Below are positions 36,859-50,260 of a stretch of 64,000 bases of DNA, piece by piece (position 1 is the first letter of the stretch; every line of letters begins with the position of its first letter). A program made the translations under genes and the position numbers. The notes beneath the pieces were generated by a model. It was not told the DNA's origin. It saw only the letters and a list, made by a program, of their open reading frames with translations, and made no database searches. Origin of the DNA: Phyllosticta citribraziliensis (taxonomy: Eukaryota). Location of the stretch: the NCBI RefSeq assembly GCF_038025025.1, contig NW_027117344.1:1364001-1428000 (forward strand). The letters run 5' to 3'.

Positions 36859-37083
36859 GGTGGTGGAAATTGACAAAGGGGGTATCGTAGAAGAAGAGAA
36901 CGGACGGCAGTCAGGGCGAGGATGCAAAGAAGCTGAGCTGCGCCGGGGAGGTTTTCCCAAGAAGAAAAGATTTGGAGGAGGGCGGCGGGCAGAAATTTAA
37001 GAGCGGAGCTGCGCGGCCGGAGGCTCGGCGCCGGTCCAAACTCTTATCGATACCATGTGGCGGTGTGTGTGGTGATCCGGGGC

Positions 37084-37125
37084 GCCACCTGTGCCACCTG
37101 TGCCACTTGTGCCACTTGTGCCACC
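37084..37125. repeat. 9-bp tandem repeat (TGTGCCACY) x~4.5 in the IMPDH/IQGAP divergent intergenic region
   Basis: GCCACC TGTGCCACC TGTGCCACT TGTGCCACT TGTGCCACC is directly visible. Confidence 0.9.
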
Positions 37126-37446
37126 CGAGCCACCTCTCCCCATTCTGAGGTGCAGGTGTCGCTCCTCCCGTTGCTGGGAGCGCACGGCCCCCGTAAACAG
37201 GCGTTGCTGCAGGTAAACACTCCTTCGCGCCCGCGCCTCCTCTTTTCCCTCTCGAATCCACTTTCTCGTCGTGACAACTCCCTTTCGCCTCTACTGGACC
37301 CGTCTGCCATTTTCTGCCCTTCTTCTGCGTCGAGCGACCCGTCACCCGCCAGCTACCAATCAATACATCAACAAACGCCGCCTCCGAGGCCTCTACTTGT
37401 GCGACACGCCTGTGATGATCACCTCCAGCGCAACTGCTCAGTGACC

Positions 37447-40400
37447 ATGTCTCCCGCATACCTATCGCGCTCGCCAACCAAGCCGACGCATCAAACGACT
37501 GCTCCCAGCCCGCTGCGGCATGGCTCCACCGCTTCTTCGAGCTCCTCTGATCCGCCAAGCCGAACCAGCACCGTTTCTTCTCATGGCTCTACCGACTTCC
37601 GCTCTGTCCTCAAGTCTCACAGGCGTACGCAGAATGGTAGCGTCTCCAGCGCAGCCAAAGAAGACATATCGCCAAGTGACACCTCCGGCACATTCAAAGA
37701 CATGAGGTCCATGCTACGCCCACTACCACAAGCTCCCGTGAGCCCTCCTCCTTCGCCTGAAAAGGCGACGATACCTATGCGTACATCAAGTCGAAGGGGG
37801 CACACTTCAACAGCAGAATCTTTACCAAGAGAGCCGACGCCCCCACCCAGTCGATCAGGCACCTTGGCCCCCCACCCTTCGTTGGCCACGGCCGAATCTG
37901 CCCTCCAGCGAACGCACAGCAGATCGAAAAGCCATGAGCAGTTTGCATTACCTCGAACCGATGGACCGACCTCGCCCACCAAGTCCATGGCACATTCTCT
38001 GGCCATATCGAGATCTGATTCGGTGCGCGCCCCCACCCATCGCAGGCCAAAGAGCGTTCACTTCGCCACTCAACTGGACAAATCAGACCTTGAGGACTTG
38101 GGAAAGTCCAAAACGGAGCAACTCCGCGCCCTCTCCAAATTTGCAGCAGACAACAACGAGGAAGACTTTACCATCAAATCTGCGGATCAAGAAGTGGTGG
38201 GTATGCATGGACGAAGAAGGCTCCAGCGTGGAACTTCTGTAAGAGGAAAGCGACCCCAATCAGGATGGGCCATGAGGACATGGATGGACCAGCAGCGTCA
38301 ATTCCTCCAGGCTTACGAATATTTGTGCCACATTGGCGAAGCCAAGCAATGGATCGAAGACATAATCGACAAGCAGTTGCCGCCTGTCGTGCAATTGGAA
38401 GAGGCCTTGCGCGACGGCGTGACTTTGGCTGAGATTGTGCAAGCCATGCATCCCGAGCGCCCATTTCGAATTTTCCGGAACCCCAAACTCCAATTTCGAC
38501 ATTCCGACAACATTGCGCTCTTCTTCCGATTCGTCACAGAGGTGGAGTTGCCCGAGCTTTTTCGTTTCGAGCTGGTCGACTTGTATGAAAAGAAGAACAT
38601 CCCAAAAGTCATTTACTGCATCCACGCACTATCGTGGCTCCTTTTCCGCAAGGGCATGGTAGACTTCCGAATAGGCAACCTTGTTGGCCAGCTTCAATTC
38701 GAACACCACGAACTCGAAGAGATGCAAAAGGGGCTCGACAAGTCTGGCGTCAGCATGCCCAACTTTTCCGGAATGAGCGCCAACTTTGGAGAGCCGGAGC
38801 CTGAGCCTGAACCAGAACCCGTCGAAACGGAACAAGAACGAGTCGAAAGGGAACTCGGCGAGAATGAAGCCACCATCGCCGACTTGCAGGCCCAGATTAG
38901 AGGTGCCATGGAGCGAGTCCGATTAGGCGACTTGATGCAAGTGTTGTGGGACAACGAGGACTTTTTCGTCGATGTCCAATCCAGAGTCAGAGGCGACTTT
39001 TCCCGTCAAATCGCCGATTACAAGATTGGCATGATGAAGTTTGCTGTCAATCTCCAAAGTGCTGCTCGTGGCTTTGCTGTTCGTACCCAGCAACGCCGCA
39101 AGGAGCACTCGTGGAAGAGCAAGCAAAAAGAAGTCGTTATCCTGCAGAGCTTGGTGCGTGCCCGCAGGGCGCGTACCGAGGTCAAGTTCATCAAGTCCAA
39201 GGTGCAGCGACACGAGAACGGTATCAAACTGTTCCAAGCTGCCGTCAAAGGTGCGTTGATGAGAAGAGACGTTGGAGACCAGCACGAGGCGAGTCATCAA
39301 GCACAAGATCAAGTCAAGTGTCTTCAAGCTGCCATCCGCGGAGCTCTGGCGCGGAAGCGTGCCGACGACTTGTACACCGACGTTGTCAATACAGAAGTTG
39401 GGATACAAGGGTTGCAGTCGGCTATCCGCGGCGCGCTGTTGCGCAAGCAAGTCGATGAACAATTCGAGGCAACTCAGGAGGCCGGCCGACAGGTCGAGAT
39501 GCTGCAAGCCTCGGTCCGGGGCATGCTGTTGAGAAAGACGCAGCGGGCGGAGGTCAACAGCTTGCGTCAGGAGCAGTTCACGATCAAGGCGCTTCAGGGT
39601 GCTATTCGTGGCATGGCAGCCAGAGAGAAGACGGCGCAGATCGTTGAGCACTTGTCAGGCAATGAGGCTAACTGGACTGGGCTGCAAGCGAAAATTCGCG
39701 GCAGGGCCCTTAGGTTGTCCATGGAGGATCTGCGCCAGAGGCTCCAAGCCTGCGAGGCTGGCATTGTGACGCTACAGTCGGTGCTCAGGGGTATCGGCGC
39801 CCGGACGGAACTGAATGACACTCTCGACGCCTTGGACGCTCAGTCAGACTGTGCTATCCAGCTGCAGTCTGCCGTTCGTGGAAATCTCGCTCGCAAGAGA
39901 CATCTTTCGACCCTCGATGCGCTCAGGGAAACAAGCGATGGCATTATTGATTTGCAGTCCCAAGCGCGCGGCTTCGCAGTCCGAGACCACACGTTTGACG
40001 TCATTTGCAAGCTCGGAGAAAGCGAGGACTCCATCAAAGATGTGCAGAGTCGCGTGCGAGGCTTTGTTTCGCGTGCTCGCATTGGGCGCTTGTTCATGCA
40101 ACTAGAGCCTGTGGAGGATGGCATAACCGAGTTACAGAATCTTGCGCGTGGAAAGCTCATTCGGACGCGGTTTCAAGAAAAGAAAAAGCATTACAGGGAG
40201 AACATGGAAAAGGTCATCAAGGTGCAGAGCTTCTTCCGTGCTCGCCAACAGGGCGAAGCGTACAAGAGCCTCACGACCGGCAAGAACCCTCCCGTCAACA
40301 CTGTAAAGAATTTTGTCCATCTTCTCAACGACAGCGACGTCGACTTCGACGAAGAAATCGGTAAGATCAACCACAATCGTCAAGGATTCTGCTAACTGTT

Positions 40401-42898
40401 CAACAGAGTTCGAACGCCTGCGGAAGACTGTTGTCCAGCACATTCGCCAGAATGAAATGGCCGAGCAATACATTGATCAGCTTGACATCAAGATTGCTCT
40501 TCTCGTCAAGAACAAGATTACTCTTGACGAGGTAGTCAAGCACCAAAGGCATTTTGGAGGCCATGTTGGGAACTTGCTCAGCAACAAAGAACTTGCGTCC
40601 AAAGATCCGTTTGACCTCAAGGCTCTCAACAAGAACTCAAGAAGAAAGCTTGAACACTATCAGGAGCTCTTCTTCATTCTCCAGACTCAGCCACAGTATC
40701 TTGCCCGCCTCTTCCGCAGGCTGCGCGAGCAGGGGGTTGCGGAGACGGAGGGAAAGCGAATCGAGCAGCTCATTATGGGTCTGTTTGGTTTTGCGCAAAA
40801 ACGCCGCGAGGAATACTATCTCCTCAGACTAATGTCCAAGTCCATCCGGGAAGAGGTCGACATGTGCGAATCGGTCCAAGATTATCTTCGTGGCAATTTC
40901 TTCTGGTCTAGGTTGCTCAACGGCTACATTCGTTCCCCGCGAGACCGCAGATTCTTGCGCGATCTTCTCAACCCGCTCATCATGGAGATTATGGAGAATC
41001 AAAACTTGGATCTGGAAAGCGATCCCATTCAGATTTACCGCTCGGCCATCAACAACGAGGAGCTCCGCACTGGAAGGCGCAGTCAACGACCCCAAAACAT
41101 CAGCCGTGAAGAGGCCATCAACGACCAAGAGACTCGCGACACGTTCATCGCCAACCTCAAGGAGCTTCGGGATATTGCAGACCAGATGCTCAACTATCTT
41201 GAAGATATGCTCCACAAGATGCCTTATGGTATGCGCTTTGTTACGCAACAGCAGTTCGAGGCTCTTGCCGCAAGATTTCCGTACGACGATCAGACGTACC
41301 TTCTCCAAATTGTCGGACATTGGCTATGGAAGACGTACATCCAGCCGGCCTTGGTGGCACCTGAAACTTGGGGTGTGATTGACCGTGGTCTCGCCCCTCT
41401 CCAGAAGCGAAACTTGGGCGAAGTCTCCAAGGTCGTCAACCAAATCGTATCTGGGAGACTTTTCGGCGGAGAAAATGCCGAGAACGTTTATTTGCAGCCT
41501 CTCAATCCCTACATCACCGAGGCGGTGGAGAGGATGCAAGAAATCTGGGGAAATCGTAAGTTCTGAAGTTCCGTCTCGTTCCCACCGCTAACGTTCTCAG
41601 TGATAACTCTTCGGCCAATTGACCGTCAATTTGACATTGATGAATTCAATGACCTATACAACACGGAGAAGCCGACTCTCTACATCAAGCTCCCCGACGT
41701 CTTTGCAATCCACCAGGTGATTGCAAACGACCTTCCGTCGATATGCACAACCCAGGATGATACTCCCCTGCGTGAGATTCTTAGAGAACTCGGCAGCGCC
41801 AGGTCCAACGAGTACGAGTTGTCCGGCGTTAGCTCTTCTGAGATTAGCCTGACGCTGAATCCCAAATTCCACGAGATCGAAGGCAAGTTCCCTGGCTTAT
41901 CTTTCGTTGCAAGACTAACCTTTGCAGATCCCGACGCACCGATCAAGGCATTGTACATGGAGACCAAGCGATGCGTCTTGTACATAATCCGCATACAAAC
42001 CGGACCCGACCTAATGTCCATCATGATCAAGCCAGTGACGGATGACGATGAGGACCGCTGGGCGGCCTTGATCCACGAAGAAATGTCACTTCACAATACA
42101 AACAAACGGAGCGCCTATACAGATATGGCTTCTTCCCTTCTCGACATCACAACCCTCACGTACACGGAGCTGAAGCGCACCGCTCTGTCGAATATCCTCA
42201 AGCTGGAAGCCGCGGGTCGCATCTCCCGTGGCAACCAGTTCCAGGACCTACTCAACGAAATCGCCCTCGACATTCGTACCAAGCACCGGCGGCGAATCCA
42301 GCGCTCACGTGAAATCGAAAACGTGCGCGCCACGCTAGCTGCGCTTGATGCCAAATCAGGCTACTTGGACGGCAAACTCAAGTCATATAACGACTACATT
42401 GAGCAAGCGATGCTCACGCTCCAAAGCAAGAGGGGAAAGAAGCGCTTCCTGCTCCCATTCACCAAGCAATACAACCACGAGCGCGAACTGCAGCGGCGTG
42501 GCCAGGTGCCGCGGTTCGGCTCGTTCAAATACAGCGCGCGCACGCTGCTCGAAAAGGGCGTCCTCGTCTCGTGGCGCGGCCACACGGATCGTGAGCGTGG
42601 CCTCGACAAGACAAACATCACCATCTCGTGCGACGAGATCGGCGTCTTTACAATTGAGGGCTCCCAGGGTTCCACCATGGTACCCGGCGCTAGCGCTGTT
42701 GTGCCCCTCGACGACTTGCTTGGCTTCCAATTTGACAACATGCAATTTGTCCACCTCTTCGGCGACCGTAGCGGCCCAGGCGGTGTTGAAAGCCATGGTG
42801 CAGGATCCAGCTCTGCTGGTGCCGGGCCTTGTCAGCTCAATGTCAACTTGCTTTTGCATTTGATCTTCAAGAAGTTTTATCGCGATGGCGGCGCATGA
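37447..42898 (+). CDS. IQG1: IQGAP cytokinesis scaffold (CH domain, IQ repeats, RasGAP-related and RasGAP_C domains)
   Basis: LQAYEYLCHIGEAKQWIE, LQFRHSDNI, DLYEKKNIPKVIYCIHALS, many LQxxxRG repeats, LDIKIALLVKNKI, FKYSARTLLEKGVL. Introns 40361-40406, 41556-41600 and 41883-41927 (GC-AG). Start ATG 37447 is inferred. Confidence 0.95.
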
Positions 42899-44928
42899 TT
42901 GGATGGGAGTGGAAGAGTCATTGGCTAAGAAATTTCTCGGCGAGAGATGCAAAAGAGCTGAGGCAGACAACCGGTTTTGGCCTTGAAGGTTGCCTACGAT
43001 GGCCAGGCAGGTCAAGATACGCCTAGGGCCAAGAAGACGCCAGGAAAGCAAGCACGCAGCCAGAGGATGAGAGGAAGCAGATGAACGATCCAGCCGCCCC
43101 CGCCGAGACCAAGTCAAGGCGACCGTCTCCCAGGCTGCTGGTTGGGGGACGAGAAAGGGACGGAGGAGCAGAAAGACTGGCAAAGAGAGGGACGCGCACA
43201 CTGAACGAACGGACGAGTACGGATACGAGAGTAACGGACAACGACGGACCGCGGCAGCAGCATTCACATGTCTGGCTGGCTGCTGCGATGAATGAAAGCA
43301 GCGTCATGGGTCATGGGTCACGTAAGTAACTAGGAAATGAATTGCGTGGTTTGATTGATTGATTAGGCAACTAATTGACGGAGTGAAGGGAGTGGGTTTT
43401 GGTAATGGGACGTCTTTTTTCTTTCACTTGCACTTTTATTTTCTTTCTCCCCTTTTATCCGTTTCACTTCTTGTCGTTGTTACTGCATTGGTGGTTGGTC
43501 GATTGATTGATGGAAGAGGGGCGGTCGGTGCACATGAGGCAAGAGGCATGGGTGCATTGCGTCGTTGTTGGACTGCAGGTCAGGTCAGGGGCTGGTCAAG
43601 TAGCTAGCTGCATACGTGGACGTGGGAGAAGAGAGACGTGTGTGTGGGGGCAGGGGGAGTAAAGGAAGTAACGCATTGTGGTCAGCGCGATGCTTTTTGT
43701 CATATTGTATTGATCTCGATTTCCCTGACTCTCTCCGTTCCACATCCGTGTCTACGTTCCTCCAGCAATGAGGCCTACCTAGCCTCCTACTTTGACAAGA
43801 CAAAAGAGTTGGATGTATCTCACAAAACTCTGGCAAGCGAGAGCGTTAGATGCGAGGATGAACGATCACGGGGGAGTGTTTCTGGTGTGGTACGTGATAT
43901 CTGAACGGTCGGACGAATTGATAGAAATACACACCGTAGCCTGTTACTCGCGCGTCCGGCGCTTGCAACATGAATTCGTATCAATCGTTGTGTTCATTCC
44001 TGGTCCGAGAGCATTTCAGATGGCCAAATCGACGAAAATGGATGGATAGATTTACGTGTTTCCTATATATCGACGGGGTGGGGGGGGGGATTGGGGGGAA
44101 AATGGGAAAAAAATCCTCGTTAGCGGCGTCGAAGCCAGCTAGCTCTGCTAGAGGAGCAGACGCAAGCAGCTCATGAGCCGGCAATAAACAGTAAATGTGG
44201 TAGGAGCAGTAGGGGGCGTAACGGCGTGCCGCAACGAATCCCCACTGCTCCACCGTCCGTCCGTCCGACCAACCGACCATCGACTATCCATCCGCGCGCA
44301 TAGATACAGAGTAAAGAAGCCGAGCGACCAAGCAATTGGTCGGCCGCTCGTTTGTTCCGTGAGGAAATAGTTGGGAAGAAGAAGAGAAGAGAAGCGAAGA
44401 AAGGGAGCTGGTTGTGAAGCGAAGAAAACGACGGAGAAAGCAAGCACCAACAACCAGTCACTTTTTTGGTATCAAGCAAGGAGATGCGAAATGCGTCAAA
44501 AAAGGGAAGCCAAAAGGGGTTGTGCAGAAGAAGATGAAATCGAGCCGAAAAGGGGAATAGGCTCGGCAAGTGCGTAGAGGCGGCAAAGTGCGCCAGTGAG
44601 TCAGGCAAACGCGAGAACGACAGGTATTGACCACCTCGTCTCAATCCGAACTGCTGCCGCTCGACAAGGCTTGCGCATCCACAAGGCCAAAGGCCAGAAA
44701 AAGGTATCCAAAGGTTGCACCCGCTCCAAAGAGGAGCGTGATGCAGTGACGAAGTAGAAGCAGAAGGAAAAAACAAAAAAAGATCCACAACAGATTGCCA
44801 TAGGCAAAGACCGACCGTTCAACTCCTACTTGCTAAACGAAAAGGGTATTTTCAAACTCACATCAGCATACCCAAACCAGAAACAGAAAGAAAAACATAG
44901 AAGCGCAATCATTGCAAGAGGAAGAAGA

Positions 44929-47902
44929 TCAAGGATCAGACACGTGTGACTGTCCAATATCAAACACCATGAGCGGCCAAAGTTGGTTCTGAGTGCTGGC
45001 CGCCTGCGCCACTGCAGCTGCGCTAACAGCTGGATGTGGCGCGTGGAGACCACCTGCAGCAACTGCTTGCATGTCTGCAGCAGCGGCCATGGAGTCTCCC
45101 GGACGAGCCCCTGCTCCAGCGGCACCAGCGCCATTGGACCCTCGGTGGTTGTCTGATGTGCCCAGGGACATGAGTGTCGAGGCGTGGTGGTAGTCTTGAG
45201 GTAGGTTGGTGATCATCCACTGACGCCAGGCGTCGTTTTGATTGTGGGCATTGTGTGCGGCGGCAGCGACTGGTTGCTGGTACATGAAGGTCGTGTTGGA
45301 CTCTTGAGTGGCAGCTGCTGAAGCAGCGGCGGCGTGGGCGGGATTGAGATTGGTAGGCTGGACACCAAACGATGACTGCTCGTACGTACTTGGACCATTT
45401 GGGTAGGACGAGAGCGAGGCTTGGTGGGATTCGGGGTACCCGGCATACTGCTGTCCTGGAACCGAGGTGTAAGGGTTCGAGTGTTGAGACATGGCGGACT
45501 CGTCAGCTTGATATGTATTTTGACTGGGCTTGTGCATATCCGGATTGGCACTGGAAGAGGGGTTGTATGAGACGGCATAGCCGTTATTGGTATAGGGAGC
45601 CGCTGTAGCACGCTCAGGGTGTGGAGATGGATTCGGTTCGGTTTTGAGCACAGCATTCGCTACAGCAGTGGCAGCGGTGGCTGTCTTCTTGGCTACGTGG
45701 TTGGTGATCCTTGAGATAGCGTGGTCGATTATAGCGCGGCAAGACCGCGCAAGCTTGCTGCCGGAGCCTGTTCTCTGTCAGCGGGACCCCGGGGCGTGTA
45801 TCGCGGCAACTCAAACCTACCGAGAATTTTACCGCACTCATCAATAATCAGCAACCACATGTCCATTTCTTGGTTAAGCTTTGCCAGGTCAGACGACGTC
45901 AGGTCGTCCTTTCGTTGCGAATAGACAAAGAGTGTTGTGAAGATGGCAGCCAAGTAGACAGTGCAGTTGATCCAGGGCACATCCAAGCTCTTGTACTTCC
46001 GAATCTCATCCAGATGCCGCACCATCTTGGAAGCCGCCTCCATGCACACGTCGATGTTTTGCTCCAGCAGTTGGTTGTTCGTCGATCGGCACAGAGCAGG
46101 GTGATGGAGCATGAGGTTGAACTCTTGGTCCCAGAACTGGACGTAAAGAGAAAACACATAGTCCTCAGCATCCGCCCTCGAGCCTTCACGCAGCTCTGGC
46201 GGAAGCTGCTCGCGCCATTGCCTGTGGTCCTCTTCCAGTCTTCGCAGATTCGGCTCGTACGACTCAGAAGCCTGTCGGACCGCGTAGATGGTGCTGTACA
46301 TTTGGGACGACAGGGCAACAATCTTGATTGCTTGCAGGCCGACGTGGAAGGAGCATTTGCGAAACTCGGTAAGATTGCTTTCAGACGGCAAAAAGTCATG
46401 AATCGGCTCGGGAAATTCGACGTCAATATCTTCCATGCGCAGCGGCATGGGGCGACCAAGCTTTCCAGATAGCGTAATGTGCAAGGCGTGTAGAGTCCAA
46501 AAGACTCGTTTTCTGTTTTCAATTTCGATGTGGTCCTTTTTTGGGGCGTCGTCGGCCCATGCTTTGGCAGAGCGGTGCAAGCCGAGTTCCACGGCGATTG
46601 CCAAGGTGATGGACGCCATCATCCACGCCGCCCCAGGTTTCGGGAAATTCCGCAGATGCAGGCAAAGCATTGTCAGCGCCTGCACATCCTTGATGGTGTG
46701 GCTCTGACACAAGGTGTAAAAGAAGCTCAGCGCATAACGATAGTGGGCATGCGCTTGTTTCAGCGACTCGGCATTGTTGTTGCGCGCGGAAAATTGGTAC
46801 TTGATGATGGCGAGCACCATCTGCACCATGACTTCTTCTGCTGGGGTGGGCCTAAAATTCGGGTCGCCATAGATTTTGGACAGCTGTCACGCGGTTAGCG
46901 CTACCAAACAAGAGCGACACAGGGTCTCGTACCAAGTCCATAAAGTGTGGTTTATACATGATGGGTGCATAAGGGTGCAAACCACGAAAGTACCACGTCG
47001 CATAAGTCGCACATTCGCTGTAGCTGGCGGGGAGCTCTTCCTTCTTGGGCCGCTCGACTCCTGATCCGTTCATGGCAATGGCCAAACAGTGCTGGTACGA
47101 CACGGGATTGTTCATGTCCTCGACGTCCTCGGGTACAAAGTCGCCCAGGTCGAGCTCCATGCCGTAAAAGGACAAGGACGTGCCCTTGATGGGACTGAGG
47201 ACCGAGTTGGCAGACGAAACGCCCAAGTAATTGTCGCCATTGAGCCCGGTGCGAAAAGTGGGCAGATTCGCGACGCGAAAATTGTTGGAGTCGGCCGTGT
47301 TCCCATTCATGTCGTTGCCGGGCGGTGCGTATGACAGAGTATTGATGCTGGCGCCGGGCGACACAGAGCCCCACATTTGGCCGGTCGAGGACGAAGCATT
47401 GGGCCAGGCGGCAGATTCTTGGTGTTGAGGGGTGGGCGAGTAGGCATGCGACAAGTTTACGTCGGGCTCGACGCCGAGGTCGCGCAGCTGCTGGTGCAAG
47501 TGTGCGAGGGACTGTTTGAGCTGGTTGTTTTCGTACTCGAGGGCTTCGGTGTGGCCGCGAATGGTGGCGCGTCCGGTGATGCGGTCGGTCGTCTTGCACT
47601 CGGTGTTGTTTTGCATGCATGGTGAACAGCCGCCGGGTCTTGGGTCGCAGCGAATCTTGCGAACCTGTGTTGAAGAAGAGAATTTGGTTAGCTGCAGTGC
47701 GACGCGTGTGGTGGTGGAGGTGGAGAGGGAGGCATGCCTTGCAGCGGTCGCAGGCCTGGCCGGTGCGGGTGCTGGCCGACAGCTTCTTCTTGACCGAGGA
47801 GCTGAAGTCATCTTGCGAGTGGTGATCGGACTTGTGCAGCTTCGTCGCCTGGTGGTGAGGATTTGCAGCGCCGTCTGGCGCTGGACGCTTCGCAGGCATC
47901 AT
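44929..47902 (-). CDS. Zn(II)2Cys6 transcription factor with fungal-specific TF middle domain
   Basis: ACDRCK|VRKIRCDPRPGGCSPCMQNNTEC across GC-AG intron 47737-47665; further introns 46932-46884 and 45820-45768. AVELGLHR..ENRKRVFWT..KLGRP middle-homology motif; low-complexity C-terminus. Confidence 0.93.
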
Positions 47903-48611
47903 GCGGGCGCGGGCGTCAGTCGATGACACGGCGGTCGGCGGTGGGAGGAGGGTGGAAGATGCCGTGGCCGAGCGAGTGGAAGATGCCGTCCCGGGGGGGA
48001 GGGAGAGGGTACGTCTTATGTCCTGACGCGAAGGGGGACGCGGTTGAGCAACGGTAATTGCGGGCAGCAAGCTTGGCGCAAATGAAGGAGAGGAGAGATG
48101 AGATGGGATCTGGCAAGCTCGACTCGACGCGACTCGACTCGACTCGACTTGACTGCTCTCAGGCGCGGGCTCAGGCGGTTTTCCCTGGCGATGCAGACAT
48201 GGAGGCTATCAGTCAGTCAGTCGGCCGACGACCTGGGCTGCAGTGCAGGTGAGAGCACAATCATGGCACGTGAGCCGGGCAATTATTGGGACTGTACCTT
48301 TAGGTACATGTCTGTCTTGGTTGCTGTTGCTGCCCTGGTGGTTCGCCCCGGTTGGGTCCAGCGCAGCCAGTCCAGTCCAGGGCAGGTCCAGGTCCTTCTG
48401 GGCCTCGACAGCCAACGGAACGGAACCACCAACACCACCACCGACCCTACCTTACACGATAAGGCCCAAATATACTCGACGCGCCCATCGCTCAGCCGCC
48501 GAATCTCGAGCACTAGTCGCTGCTTACCGCTGCAACGACCCGCCCCGAAAGAGTGCCCTGCTTTTGGCGCAAAAGAAACAGACCCCGAAGGAAAAATTGG
48601 CTGCGTCTACA

Positions 48612-49740
48612 ATGGCCCTCGTCCACAGCCTCGAGCTGGCCCACTTGCCCGACGTCGCAGTCCACGCCGCCCTCTTCGACCACGTCGCAAACGCCGCCGA
48701 CCTACGTCGCCACCTGCTCGACGGCAACCCAGACTATGAGTACGCCTTTCTCGACGTCACCACGGTACGCCATTGAATCCACCGTACACATCCACCACAC
48801 CTTATCCCCACGGCCTCTCCGCACTTCACCTAATGTACCTTGTGCACCATGCTGCATGTGTACCCCGGATTCCCACTCCCATCCTTCTGCCACTCCCGTC
48901 ACGTGCTCTTCTTTTTGCCTTTGGTTTCTTCCACAGATATTTGCCTCAGCACCTCAGCTAACCCGGACTGTCCTCCGCGCCTCGTAGATACTGTCTACGA
49001 CTCACGTACTAGCCGCCGTGTTTCGCGCCGTCAACGATGCGCTACACGACCGCCTCAGGAGCCGCAACGTGCATTCCGAAGTCGTCTTTTGCCTAAGCCC
49101 CAACAACAATGTACGTCCGACGAGTCAAGGCGAGAACCTCATCACGCGCCCCATTTTGCCATCCTCCAGTCCCGTCCGTCTGTCGGCTCATTTGCTTGGT
49201 CGTTGTTGGACAGCCCGTCGCACCAAATTCCCCGTCCTTCATTCCGGTCGACGCTTTGATCGCCACACCCCACCCACCACCACCACCACCACGACACAAC
49301 AATCATGGACTACTGACTGAGATTGACTGCTTGACTGACGCGTCCACCCCCAGATCGCCGAATCATTCCGCCGCTTCGGCATCCAAGACAGCACGCGGGC
49401 CCTTCTGGCCATCAAAATCACATCCACCACCCCATCAGCCCCGTCCCCCTTCCCATCTCTCCCCGCCCAAACCATCTCATCCCACCTCACCGCCAACGTC
49501 CACGGCACCCCGCTCCCCTTCGCCGACGCCGCCATCGCCCCCTTCACCGACCTGCCGCGCGTGCGCAAAATCTACAAGCTCGACGCCGCCGCGCCGAGTG
49601 CCCGTGGTAGGAATCCGAAAAAGGGCCAGGCCGCGCCGCCGCCGTTGCCTGTCAACGGTGTGGCAGGGGAAGGGAAGGGAGATGAGAGGGCTGACACGGA
49701 GGCATCCGTGTTGGGCATGATGGCGCTCAGAGGGTCGTAG
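48612..49740 (+). CDS. CGI121: EKC/KEOPS complex subunit Cgi121
   Basis: Exons 48612-48764, 48988-49110 and 49354-49740. [62 protein letters not shown]. Confidence 0.93.
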
Positions 49741-49918
49741 TCGGTCTGCGGAGAGGGGGGTCGAAGAAGTCCCGGGAGAAGCGATGTGCCTTGTGCTGAG
49801 AGCAAAGACTTGGGAGACGAGTCTAGATGGCCGTTTGTCTCGCCTTGGCAGCTTCCGTGTGCGACCTCGAGTGCCACGAGCCAGGAAAAGAAACTTCATG
49901 GAAGGATGAGGACTAGTG

Positions 49919-49922
<4 letters not shown>

Positions 49923-49964
<42 letters not shown>
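49923..49964. repeat. (GA)n microsatellite, about 20 units
   Basis: Directly visible between the convergent CGI121 and COX4 genes. Confidence 0.95.
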
Positions 49965-49967
<3 letters not shown>

Positions 49968-50260
49968 AAATTCAGGAATTCCATCTCACACTTGCACTAG
50001 TTGATCGAGCGGAAAATTGTGTCGCTTTGATACTACACCTCTACTACATCCCCTGTTCTACGTCATCCCCTTTAAAGAAAATGTAAGCGCCGCATTCAGC
50101 TCCCGTCAGGTACCAACGTTTTGCTCCATCCCGTCCCGTCCTGGGATATATACAATACAGGTAGCAATAGTCACGTTTCAATCAAGGCGAGATTTGGCGC
50201 TACGCGGTGGTAATAGATAAGGCTGTGTGGCTACCTAGCTCTGGCCCATCCACGTCGAAT

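Noticed and set aside
37057..37446. 130-aa N-terminal extension of IQGAP in the ORF track
   Set aside because: It starts at a non-ATG codon and runs through the 9-bp promoter repeat and pyrimidine-rich UTR-like sequence; ATG 37447 is the more plausible start.
48765..49353. Long CGI121 introns as snoRNA hosts
   Set aside because: No C/D boxes or clear H/ACA architecture visible.
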